A stretch of DNA of 35,176 bases from Rotaria socialis (taxonomy: Eukaryota). The DNA is taken from NCBI GenBank assembly GCA_905331295.1, contig CAJNYD010000179.1:1-35176 (forward strand). The letters are read 5' to 3'. Shown one piece after another: positions 23,867 to 35,176 of this stretch. Below the pieces are notes generated by a model, which saw only the letters and a list, made by a program, of their open reading frames with translations, did not search any database and was not told the origin of the DNA. A program made the translations under genes and the position numbers. The first letter of the stretch is position 1, and each line of letters opens with the position of its first letter.

Positions 23867-26292
23867 ACTGAACTGAACTCACCTTTCCAAAGGATAATTT
23901 GTTTTTCTTTTTCGTTTATTGGCATAAACTAAATTATTTGAATAAAAATTCGATGAAATATCTTCGGGATGCAATAATTCAAGAATACATCATTTTAAAA
24001 ACATATTTTATATTAGTGATGTAGGAAAAAAATGATCAAACAAGTAACCATAACAGAACCTATATAGGAATTGAAATCTGCTCGGTTCTAATGCCCAATA
24101 AAAGCTGAAGTTGAAAATTAATAAAGGCATACTCCTTCCTTCCTTTAGAGGTAAAGTGTAGGTCATACCCTCGCAAAACTCTATTTAGTTGCTGTTTTTA
24201 TATCAATTGTAAATTATGCATTTCATTATTCTCATAGAAGCATTCCACAAAAATTTTAAAAAATGTTGTCTAAAAACGCAAAGATATTTCAAAATGAAAA
24301 TGAAAAACAAATTCTAGATGAATTTCATAAAGGTTATTTTCGTATTCTGAAATGCTTCAGTATCTTTAAAAAAGACTTTAGTTTCTATGTTATTTCTTTT
24401 AATAGTAAAGTAGAAATTTTATTTGGTTGTTTGTTACTGAACTGAATTTTTCAATCATTTATTACTCAAACAATTTTTGAATGAATTAGTTATTTTCCAT
24501 TTAGATTACGTTTCATGATAGTCACAGTGTTTTCTTGAAGAAAAATACCTTAGTATCAAAATAAAAAATCTAAAATTTACTCTATACTCGCTCTCTGGTC
24601 TATGTGTTTTACTATGATAAAGTTCTATTTCTAGGTAGACTTTATAGTTTGCAGCTACTTTTCGTTAGATTCCGTAGTTGCTTGCAATCCAATAGTATAC
24701 ACTTGTTTCAAAATTTCGATTTTCTATATAATTTTCCATATATCACTACTATTCTTGTCATATTTTGTCGTACATTAGAGTTAGCGGAGTTCAATTCTAT
24801 ATAACTTTGCACTCATGATATAGTAAAAGTTCGGACTGTTATTTTTTCTTCAAAATTGACGATCTGAATTATCACTGGAAGCTTCGACTAGAAGATTTTT
24901 AAATAAAGTTTTTGGAAAACATCTAAGAAAGTATTTAAGAAAGAAAAATTTCTATTTTTTAACATCGAGCTTTGGCCTATTTGATGCGATTCTAGTATAT
25001 ATATATATATATGGGTTTATGCGCAAATGATATCAATAAATTAACACAACTGAGTTACACTTTAAACAAAATTTGAAAATATGGGATCAAAAATAAACCT
25101 TGAAATAACAATATACAGTTCAAAATGCAAATGATATAATCGCATACGGAGGATTGCAACATCATAATATATTACATCGAATTTATTCGCTCTATTTGTT
25201 TTTGACTACCAGGTGATTTTCTTTCTTCATTGTTTGTTCTTTCGAATTAACACTATTTCTTTTCTTTGCCTTTCTCTGACCTTCACTGTATGTTTCATTT
25301 CTTTTTTTCTGCTATATACATTTTTAGTAAGTTCTCGAATACATAATTACGACATTTATAATCATGAGTATCTCTTAAGTGACTCAAATTATCTGTAACA
25401 TACACAAACTCAACACGAGTCAAAGTGCGTACTGAAAATAATTAGATTTCTTTAAAATATATTCATCAAAGGATTCATGCTATATTGTCAAAATTACATA
25501 GAAATGAGATAGTTATTATAGCATTGAATGAAAATTGTAGGAATTACGATACTGCTGTGTAATTGCTATAAAAGTTATTTCAACATTGTTTTTTATATTT
25601 TCCACTTTAAAATAAATTCGATGACTCGCGTAGTTTGCTAGATTTTCATTCCAGTTATAATGTATTTGTGATATTTACAATGAATTTTTAAAATTTACAT
25701 GCAAGGTCTTGTATTTCTATTGTCAAATATTTTCTAGATCAGTTTTAATATTCTTTTAATATTTAACAAGGGGTAAAATACTTGATCTTTTTTTTTTATA
25801 TTGAAAGTTTCGTTTTTAAATAATTAAAAGTATCTTAATCTGTAGTTCGTCTTTTTTTTGTCTTTTTTTCGCATAAAATTCTTTTCATTTCTATGTTCTC
25901 TGTGACAAAATTATCCTTTATTATAGTCATATAGAAAAAAACTTAATCATTCGTTCTTTCATTCGTTTCCGCAAATCTCTTATCAATTTTGGTTTTGTTA
26001 TTGAAAATCCCCCTATGAACTCTACTATATTTATAGCCATTTAACCGTTGTAAAGCAAGTAGCAGAGGTCATGTGATATACGTGACACATCGAAAGATAA
26101 GAGAAAATGAGTTAGTCAAAGCTTGACGTTGCTTTCTTGATAATGATTATATTGGAGATATACCATTTGTTTTTCTCTAAATCTATTGATGAGAAGTATC
26201 TATACTAATTAGACATTTATCTGCTGCATGTTCTGATTGTTAGATTGATGCATTCTCTTTTCATATCAATGTTTCATTTTAGAATATAGAGA

Positions 26293-28599
26293 ATGGTTGG
26301 CTTCAATGCAAAAAATCTAGATTGTAGAATCCTTTTATATATGCATTTTTTGTTCATTAGTTCTTCGAGAACCTGTACAGTTAATTGATTGCGGCCATCG
26401 ACTTTGTCAATCATGTGCTAATGAACAAACTGGCTAAGTTTCTTTTTAGATTAAATTTTAAAAGTTTATTTTATTTTATTAAAGAAAATTGATTAGATGT
26501 TCTGAATGTTGCGAAAAAACACCACGTGAAAATGTAAGATTGATATTCTCTCTTTCAATAAAAAATCATTTCTTGTTAAGCTAATAATTGATCGAGGTTT
26601 TAAAAAATGATATGCAGACATTATCAATTGTATGTTCATTTGGCACTTGGGTTGGCATATTAAAGATCTATCAAGTAAATCTTTTTTGCTTATTTTTTTC
26701 CTATTAGTCGAATATATGTTAACGAATCATCTGGATCAAAACCATCCAAGTCCTCAAAGCGATCCTTGCAGTTTAAATTTCAATTCAGTCAACGATCTTG
26801 ATCGACACAAACTGTACGATTGTGAAAAAATAACTGTTCAGTGTCCTTTACAATCAATCCGATGTGAAGAAATGGTTAAATTTAGTTTTTTTCTTTTGGT
26901 CTTTGAAAATTTTTTATCATCTAGATTCCTCGTATCCATCTCTCTCGATACTATCTAAGTGATCAACATCAAAAAGTCTTAACTAAAGTCGTTCTTCGAA
27001 TGTTATTAAATTTATCAATTCGTCCGGACAAATATCTTCTGAAGGATTCTTACCGAAATACCAAAATATTGATAAATTAAAAGAAGTTTCTCAAACAATT
27101 AACATTTTATCCGATGGTGTTGGAAATTTAGTTGACGAACTAGAATCTCTTAGCACTGAATGTGATCAACTCGGTAATAGATTACAGACTTCTATTCAAG
27201 AATCATCTCTAGTTCACAAGTCCATTGAAGAACAGCGTCCTTCTATAGATGATATCAAATCTAAACAAGAAACGATTGAACGAGAGATTCCATCGATTAT
27301 TAAAAAAAATTGATGATATGAATAGAAATTCATGTGATGGAACGTATACATGGAGAATAACTAATGTCGAAGAAAAAATAGGTTAGGATTGTAATTACTA
27401 ATTTTAATGTTTTATTTTCATGAGAAGCATCTAAATGATTTTCTTTTAGTTGAGAAATTCAAATTATTTCCGATTTAAAAAATTGAATAAAATCCAAATT
27501 CGTTCAGATGCAATTTCGATATAGAAATTAATACGTATTACATTGTAACTAGCAATAGTTATTTGTGATTGAATAAAATTAGAGTAAATTTGTCATGATA
27601 TCAGATTTTTTCATCTACTCTATTCTATATTTATATATTTTGTTGTTGCCAAATAAATATCTATATAATCATTGAAGACACTCCTCGTTTGTTCCATGTA
27701 TATTAGCTGTAGATTCTGAACTTGAATTTTATTTTTGGATAAGTGGAATCCTGTGCAAAGTTGAATAAAAACAGCAAGTGAATCATACTTTAATTAAAAA
27801 GAAAGAACTGTCTTCAAATTTTAAATAATTCTTTCAATACTACAAAGTACATATGAATATTGTTCGAATTTTTTATTTTTTATTTTCCTATCGAAGAGAA
27901 AAAACAAATAATACTTTTTTAAACATCGAAATAAAAGTAATCTTAGCAATTCTCACGGATTTTTATTCATTCAATAAGTCTTATCATAAAATAATTTCAT
28001 AAGTGACTAGGAGTTTTGATTTATTCATTTAAGCAGCGGTTCAATCCAGAGCACAACCATCAATTTGTTCTCGCTTTTTATTCTTCACGTACCGATTATT
28101 AAATGAGTCTTCGACTTTATTTGAATGGTGATGGAACTGCTCAGAAAACGCATTTATCATTATTTTTCGTTCTTATGCGTAGTGAATATGATGATATCCT
28201 CACATTCCGTTCTGCTTTAAAGTAATATTTTGTTTCTATGATCAAAGTAATCAACAAAATCATATTATTGATTCATTTCGACCAGATGTAAGATCAAATA
28301 GTTTTCAACGACCACGTTTCAATATGAACATCGCCAGTGGAATACCAAAGTTTGCTCCCTTAACAATATATTAACAAGAAAATAATTCATATGTTTACCA
28401 AAATGTTATGTTCATTAAAGTTATGGTCGATTTTGGAAATATACCAAATGGAGTCACACCTCATATACTTCGTCTTAGTTCAGGATTAACAATTGGAATT
28501 CAAGAAACTATGATTCAACAAGAAACTGAAAAACAACAAAAACTATCCTATTCTTCAACGATGAGTGCAGAGACAGATCAATTTATGGCTATGAATTAA
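26293..28599 (+). pseudogene. TRAF-family (TRAF2/3/5-like) pseudogene: RING, zinc finger, coiled coil, MATH
   Basis: RING remnant CIFCSLVLREPVQLIDCGHRLCQSC; MATH remnants DGTYTWRITNV, LRLYLNGDGTAQKTHLSLFFVLMR, HIIDSFRPDVRSNSFQRPRFNMNIASGIPKF, MFIKVMVD. In-frame TAA at 28100-28102 and 28372-28374; frameshifts near 26322, 26602-26607, 27050, 27300, 28075 and 28208; first donor reads CTAAGT (26434) instead of GTAAGT. Confidence 0.9.
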
Positions 28600-29638
28600 A
28601 TTAAGAAAATGATTAAGAGGACTACTGAAATACTGGCGTCAGTAAAAACAATGAATCGGGCGATTATATTGAGTACAATAATAATAATCACAAACGACGG
28701 CAAATGAATAAAGCAAATGTTAAAATGAAAAGAGACTTGATTTGTTGAAAGTAGAATGATAAGATTGTTCTATTTTGAATAGTGTTTGGATAAGTTTTTT
28801 TGTTCATTCAGTATGTTATTTTTCATCTGTAGATAAAAACAAATATTCAAAAAATCGTTTAAATTATGAATTTAATTTTGATTAAAACCGATTTATCATG
28901 ATGATGAAACGGAGTACCACATAAATTTTGTATTCATATTGTACTCATCAATAATAATCGCTGATTTCCGACGAAAATCTATATCATTAGCATACTTATT
29001 TCTTCTATTCGTGAAGATTATGTAGATAAATCATAATTTTTGATTTATCTTCAATTGAATATGTATTGAAATGTTCTCAGAAATCGAATTTATTGCTTCT
29101 TTTTTCAAGTCGCCACATAGAAAAAGGTTAGATATTTCTTTTTCAAAGAGACGTTTACTTCATGCATCAAATATTAACCCAATATCGACCAATTGAATGC
29201 AAAAAACAAGAACTGAACGGAAAATGAGCGCCAAAAAAGGAATAATAGCTGACTGCTTCAATGCGAAAAATTGAAACAGATCGGTCTAACACAAGCAATT
29301 TATAAGAGGCCAATATAATTTTGATTAATCCTTCAAAAGATAGTATGAATCGTATGAACCTATCATATAGAGCAGTTTTTGTTTTTCATTCAAGTAGTTG
29401 AGAACTAGACAATTATTACAGAATGAATTATACGGAAAACATTCCCTCTTATGATATCGAATTGTCAAAATATATTATTATTACTTGATCTTCTTCATCG
29501 CAGTATACAAGTTATTCGGGAAGCTGTCTCAATCTATATATTTCAGATGCAGAAAAACTAATAGTTGTTTTGCTGAGGCCAATCATTAATCATACATCAG
29601 ATTATTATTTTATTTCAAAAAAAGTTTAAAATGTTTAT

Positions 29639-30490
29639 TCAAAATAACCAACGAGGATCAAATAGAAAGAAATGCATAGCTAATATTCCGAATGTGAGAT
29701 CAGTGAAATTGACGAGTAACAAAACGCCTAAATGAAGAGCAAGGAAAGCAAACCAGTACAATTTACGTGCATGGTAAAAGAGACCTAGAGGAACAAACGA
29801 AATTTCTGCAAAGAGCGATGCCCATGTAGATATTTGAAGAATTATTGGGTTTGCTTCAAGTAAGACATGGCATAAATGATTGTTGCGCGATAATGGAGAT
29901 TTTAGGACGTGACTCAATGCACTACCATCGATCCAACTAGGTGATTGTAATTTATGTAACCCACTTATTGTATAACCTAATGCATATAAAGTCCATCCTC
30001 CCCAATAGAGCCATGGAAAGACTTCTGGACTGATGCTAACTTCATGATTTTCTGTGCTATTTTTATCTGAATTTGTAAATTTGATGAGACTGAATGCTAA
30101 GAGAAGTAAACCAACGTAGGGGATGCCAGGGTTCAAAATGAGTACGTTACGATTTAAGAGGCATGCCCATCCATACCATAGTAAAAGGGCAATAACACGT
30201 GGTGTAAAAAGCCGCGCGGCAAACACAACTGATAAAAATGCCAAAAAAATAATGAAAATACTAAGAAGTTTAGGAGAATAATCAATCCAATGAATAATAT
30301 TTGGAAAGTAACCATAGGTTGGATTCCACTGTGGATCAGCAATCATACCAGTACGACCGAATAATTCATTCGCATACGGAACTAAGTTTATGAAATGAAT
30401 CGTTAGATACGATCCAAATATGAATTGAAAAATTTTCAACTGACGTACAGTGTACCATTTCGTACACGTTGTCGATGATGATGATGCCAT
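29639..30490 (-). CDS. HTTM-domain multi-pass membrane protein (vitamin K-dependent carboxylase/SdpB/lipase maturation factor superfamily), 283 aa, intronless
   Basis: Uninterrupted ORF with about seven hydrophobic segments. HTTM-type motifs: LLNRNVLILN, YTISGLHKLQSPSWIDGSAL, FAEISF, LHLGVLLLVNF, terminal FDPRWLF. AATAAA on the minus strand at 29634-29639. Confidence 0.8.
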   Translation of the reverse strand: MASSSSTTCTKWYTVRQLKIFQFIFGSYLTIHFINLVPYANELFGRTGMIADPQWNPTYGYFPNIIHWIDYSPKLLSIFIIFLAFLSVVFAARLFTPRVIALLLWYGWACLLNRNVLILNPGIPYVGLLLLAFSLIKFTNSDKNSTENHEVSISPEVFPWLYWGGWTLYALGYTISGLHKLQSPSWIDGSALSHVLKSPLSRNNHLCHVLLEANPIILQISTWASLFAEISFVPLGLFYHARKLYWFAFLALHLGVLLLVNFTDLTFGILAMHFFLFDPRWLF

Positions 30491-30978
30491 GTTGCTATGA
30501 GTAAGTTAAGCAGAAAGAGAAACTAAAACACACATTATGTTTAGAAAAGAAAACGTGCATACTATAAGTAGATGAAGTGTGTATGAGAATGACATCATAT
30601 AGATGTATGAATCATTTGCGAAATGTCATTCGCCACGTATGTTGCATGCTGTAGAACTCAAGAAGAATGAGAAAAATAATCAATGTAATTGCACACATCA
30701 GTCGTAATTGAACGAGTAGCAGTAAAAAACAAGTTTCGCCTCCATCAGAACAAAGTCTATACTATGTAAAAGTAGATGTGTGTGCATTTTGTCATCGTTA
30801 CATTCATTTTATTTTTAGCATAACTATTTTTTGCACGCAACTACGACTAAAGGTACTATTGAAACTTACATTTAATGATTGAATCGTGAAAATTCAATGT
30901 AATTTTTTTAATGAATACACATGTGCTCAATCACATTCTAATAATTATTTTTATTTGTTTTAAGAGATAAAGAAAAAA

Positions 30979-32283
30979 ATGTTACTTGGCTTACTAATAA
31001 TAGGTAGTGGATTAGGATGTTTGATGGTGTTGGAACGTCTCTTTCCCGATCAACCACTGGTGTATGTGCCTGGCTGGTGGAAACGCGTTCTACTTATCAA
31101 TGCGTATCAATTGTTAGTAGTTGTCGTTGGTACTTACACGTGGGAGGCATGGTTGCCCGATGCACATTTATTTCATTTGCGAGACTTTATTTCACCGATG
31201 ATGGGTGGTATTATCGCTTATATCATTCATACGTGGGTGTTCTATTGGTTTCATCGTGCGCGACACAACGTTTATTTTTTATGGCTATGGTTTCATCAAC
31301 TGCATCACAGTGCACAACGAATTGAAGCCATAACATCCTTCTATAAAGCTCCTCAAGAAATCCTAGTAGACTCAATTATTATGACGATATTACTCTACCC
31401 TATACTTGGTCTCTCGAGAGAATCGAGCATGTGGCTGTCGGGCTTTGCTGCTTTTGGTGAATATGTTTATCATATGAATATTAAGACACCACAATGGATT
31501 GGCTATTTCTTTCAACGTCCTGAAGCTCATCGAATTCATCATTTACGTAATAAACGGGATCATAGCAAAAACTATGGTGATCTACCGTTGTGGGATATTC
31601 TAGGTGGAACATTTGAGAATCCAGTGACAATGGATCAACCAACTGGCTTTCCATCTGAATACGAGAATAGGGTCATGGAAATGATTTGCGGCCGCGATGT
31701 GCTCTTATCAGTCAAACAAAAGACGAGGCATGCCTACAAACAACGGTATACGCTTGCAACTATCGGAGCTATCCTCTGGATTATTCTTGGCCTTGGGCAA
31801 TCTGCTGGCTATGTATTTAACATGCCACAACTGCGTGGATTGAGTTTTGCTACCGCAGCATCTCCGTTACCTATCGTATTTTCAGTGGCACCGAATGGTA
31901 TGGAAACGTTTTCTACCAGCTTTCGCCTTGAAGTCTTTCAGCAATCACAGATGGCATGCAGCGACAATGAAGTGTGTACATCTGATCACATAGTGATGGA
32001 AAGCGTCCTAACACCAGAGCTCTACGGTACACTCAATGATAAACCTTATAACTTAAGAAATGCATACGGTGTTCTTTTTTCTCATGGACCTTTTTTTCAA
32101 GATCAAGAGGCTCTTAATTTGCGTGATCGAGTTTTAAAATATAGCCTATGTAATAGTGGTCCCTTAGCACGTGCATTTCATTTACCCATTAATACCAGCC
32201 GTATTGTGGTACACGTGCATTCTCATACTAAAAATCAGCGATTACATCAAGCAAATTGGTTACTGAACATTGTCTGTGTATAA
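30979..32283 (+). CDS. Sterol desaturase/fatty-acid hydroxylase superfamily protein (aa 1-~241) fused to an uncharacterised C-terminal domain, 434 aa, intronless
   Basis: His boxes YWFHRARH, HQLHHS, YHMN and HRIHH, followed by NYGDLPLWDILGGTF; N-terminal LERLFP motif. An extra ~190 aa begins with a hydrophobic helix. AATAAA at 32283-32288. Confidence 0.9.
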   Translation: MLLGLLIIGSGLGCLMVLERLFPDQPLVYVPGWWKRVLLINAYQLLVVVVGTYTWEAWLPDAHLFHLRDFISPMMGGIIAYIIHTWVFYWFHRARHNVYFLWLWFHQLHHSAQRIEAITSFYKAPQEILVDSIIMTILLYPILGLSRESSMWLSGFAAFGEYVYHMNIKTPQWIGYFFQRPEAHRIHHLRNKRDHSKNYGDLPLWDILGGTFENPVTMDQPTGFPSEYENRVMEMICGRDVLLSVKQKTRHAYKQRYTLATIGAILWIILGLGQSAGYVFNMPQLRGLSFATAASPLPIVFSVAPNGMETFSTSFRLEVFQQSQMACSDNEVCTSDHIVMESVLTPELYGTLNDKPYNLRNAYGVLFSHGPFFQDQEALNLRDRVLKYSLCNSGPLARAFHLPINTSRIVVHVHSHTKNQRLHQANWLLNIVCV

Positions 32284-35071
32284 ATAAATATTTGTTGATA
32301 CTAATTTGTATCTTTTTTAATGTTTTGACTCGCATTTTATATTGCAACGCTGGTTTCTGTTTTTTTTAAACATTGGAAGAGTAAGATAGCTGACAAGACC
32401 AATTGACTATCTATTCAACCATTTGAAGCAAGTACATATTATCTTTAGGAGAAATGGAGGTTTTAGATATCTGAGAAAGAAAAGCTTATGAAGAATTTAA
32501 TAGAATAATTCATTACACACCCTCCTATTGGCTAATAGGCATCGGTAATCACATATTAATTTTGAATTACTTTTACAAAACGGACTGGAGAACTTGTATT
32601 TGATAAAGCGTATGCTCTAGTTTCAAGTAAACTGAAAAACAGACCCGTTAAAAATATATTTAGCTGAAAATGAACTAAAATCAGCTCTTTTTCTATTAAA
32701 GACACAATAATATACAAATCAATTTAAAATTATTTGTTAAAACCATTATACTCTTATGGTACAAAAAAAGATTAGCTGATACGCTTTTGTTTAAGCTCAT
32801 ATTGTACTGATGGTGTGAAAAGTTATTTTAAGATTCTCAGTCCTCAGTTACTCAAGATCGAATTGAGCATACAACTACATCAGCTTGATATAGATGCTCA
32901 CTTCAAATTGTTCAATTAGATGCATACATACAGTTTACAAGTTATATTTTTTGTAAAGACATGAAAAACTTTAAGATAGAGTTTAAGTTTTTGTTGATAT
33001 AAACTTTTATAATAGGTAATCCTTAGCATAAGCGATAAATCAATAATAGATGGTAACACAACGTACAGTTACACGATCGAAATTGTTTACCTGTTAAACC
33101 TGTTGTCGATGAAAATAAGAATTTGAACTAAAATTGATTCAATCGCTCTTCTACAATCTAGCTGAAATACATGAGTCATAAAGTGTTTTTTTCTGATACA
33201 AAATGGATATGTATCAGTAGAATTCATAATTCGAATGTATTTTTCGTGGTCACAGAACTTTTCTATTTCCTCAATTATGACTATTCACTTGGTTTTCGAG
33301 TAGGTTTTTTCTTTTACCTTTCTTTCTTATTTTCAATAGTTTCTCATTATTTTAGAATTCATATAGCCACACGAAAATCCGATATATATGCACAGAGTAT
33401 TTTCGTATACTAGAATATGTGAATAGTGCATCACAGGCATTTGATATATACATAGAATATCACGTTAGAACGGTTGAGGAAAAGAGTCTGTAAAACTGAT
33501 CAAATGAGAAACTCTTTTAACATATAGATTTAGTTTAATATAAAAAGCAAATGTATTGCGAAACAGAATGTATTGGATATTATTTTTGTAATAAAATCTA
33601 TTTCCATTCGGGTGTAAAATGACGTAATACTCAAATTATCTTGCTATTAGATACAATAAACGCTTGATCATAAACATTTGTTGAACATATCTTGGAAAAA
33701 TATCGAAGAATATAAAAAAGTAAAAGAGCATCGTATATTTTTCGGCAAATATTGCAAAAACTGTGATTGATGAGTTTTTTGCAGATATGATTCAAGTTGA
33801 ACGTACTATTAGTTTACAGTTGGCAGTAATCATTGCAAATATTAAAAATACTTATATAGTCAAAAATATTTCTGTGATGCAAAAAAAAAGATTTGGAAAT
33901 CAAAAATGAATATATGCATCTGATACAACTAATTGGTTTTCTGTATTTGTCGATGTATTCTGAAAAATTGAGTCTATTCAATATTATTTTCTTTACGCAA
34001 TAGTTCATTTTTCTACTCAGTATAATTCTTCTTCTATTCTCAAAGTCAAACTAGAAATTGTTAAGTACATCTGAATAGCAAGGAAATAATAAACAATTGC
34101 TGAGATTCATCATCGTTCTGAAATGGGATAGAATATTAACGAGAAAAACACATAAAATCTTAAGCAAACTTTCGTTATAGTGAATGTTAAGAGTATAAAA
34201 TGAATAATTTATCTCATATTCAGTTGAAAACAAGTGATATGAAGGAGAATGAACAACTATTCAAAGTCAACAGGAAACCACGCAAACTATTTGATATTAA
34301 GAGACTATTAAATCAGTCAAGCTGCATCAGATTAATAATCCATCGTACCCAAATCTGACTAGTATGGTAACTTTGAGTGACTTGCTTTTTGCACAGACAT
34401 ATACTGTATAAATGTACGTATTTATTGCGTTATAAATTGCAAATGGACATTAACTTTAGCGGAGAAAGAAAACTCCGTAATACATGATGTAGGTTATTTA
34501 AAATATGCTATATAAACTGTAAATTATTTATATTTATTATTGTCTGTTAGTAATGAGTCGTACAAAAGCGAAAATTTTAGAAAATCAATACATTTAATCG
34601 TACGAAACATAAACTCTGCAACTAATCAATGCGCTCAACCAAAAAAAGGACAATAAAATTCTTTTAAACAACATTATGAAGCAAAGGTGTATCATGCTTT
34701 GGGATTTGATTAATATTTTCTTTGACATTAATATTTTTCATGGAATCTTTTGTATTATCAATTGATTGCCATTGATTTTCATTTTTCAATTGTGGATAGT
34801 ATATATTATAAACGATCATGATAATTTCATGCGATAAATACTAAATACATAAAAAATCGTCCGTGATTTTCCATGTAACCGTATAATGCATTCTGATTTT
34901 CCTCATTTATTGAATATCTCTTTTTTCAGAAAATCAAAGTGAAATTCTATCAAATTGAAAATCAAGGATTCTCGAGATACTCTGAATTCCACCATGAAAT
35001 TATAAAGCATTGAAAACGTTCTAGCTTTTTCAAAGTCGATTTTTCACAAAATAGAAATTAAATAAAATTTA

Positions 35072-35176
35072 CAGTGTAGAATAAAAGTGGGTAGGCTTGG
35101 GTAGGCTCAAACTAAGACAGGTCAAAGGCTTGGGTAGGCGCAAACTAAGACAGGTCAACGGGTTGGGTAGGCTCAA
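35072..35176 (+). mobile_element. Left end of a probable Tc1/mariner-type non-autonomous element with an internal 33-bp tandem repeat; truncated by the window edge
   Basis: TA|CAGTGTAGAATAAAAGTGGGTAGGC (TA at 35070-35071), then unit TTGGGTAGGCTCAAACTAAGACAGGTCAAAGGC starting at 35097, 35130 and 35163. Confidence 0.55.

Noticed and set aside
26003..26013. kappaB-like site (GGGGATTTTC, minus strand) upstream of the TRAF pseudogene, and a similar GGGAATTTTC near 17198
   Set aside because: Single 10-mers can occur by chance, and there is no conservation evidence.
29639..30490. Calling the HTTM protein a vitamin K-dependent gamma-carboxylase
   Set aside because: It is only 283 aa and lacks the large luminal region of that enzyme; only superfamily-level similarity is supportable.
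31017..31325. 102-aa alternate-frame ORF inside the desaturase gene (also 30154-30342 inside the HTTM gene)
   Set aside because: These are shadow ORFs of real coding sequence with no independent features.
32400..35060. Short ORFs at 33171-33413, 33814-34008 and 34051-34233
   Set aside because: AT-rich intergenic sequence giving F/I/L/N/Y-biased translations with no motifs or exon chain.

Overview
Eukaryotic, very AT-rich genomic DNA with many ~50-60 nt spliceosomal introns. The mix of metazoan genes (RNF217-like, TRAF-like) and bacterial-looking genes suggests a bdelloid rotifer, but this is an inference, not an identification. Splicing exons by hand gives: (1) a 5-exon, 401-aa prokaryote-like AAA+ ATPase (1646-3178); (2) tRNA-Phe(GAA); (3) an RNF217-like RBR E3 ligase (11150-14095); (4) a 9-exon, 598-aa Ser/Thr kinase with five tandem PBZ (poly(ADP-ribose)-binding zinc finger) motifs that the ORF track cannot see (17652-23866); (5) a multiply disrupted TRAF pseudogene (26293-28599); (6) a head-to-head pair of intronless, foreign-looking membrane-protein genes: an HTTM-domain protein (29639-30490, minus) and a sterol desaturase/fatty-acid hydroxylase fused to an unknown second domain (30979-32283, plus). 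Several non-autonomous DNA transposon remnants are also present. The best candidates for undescribed biology are the kinase-5xPBZ protein and the HTTM/desaturase-fusion pair. No database searches were run; family calls rest on motif recognition.
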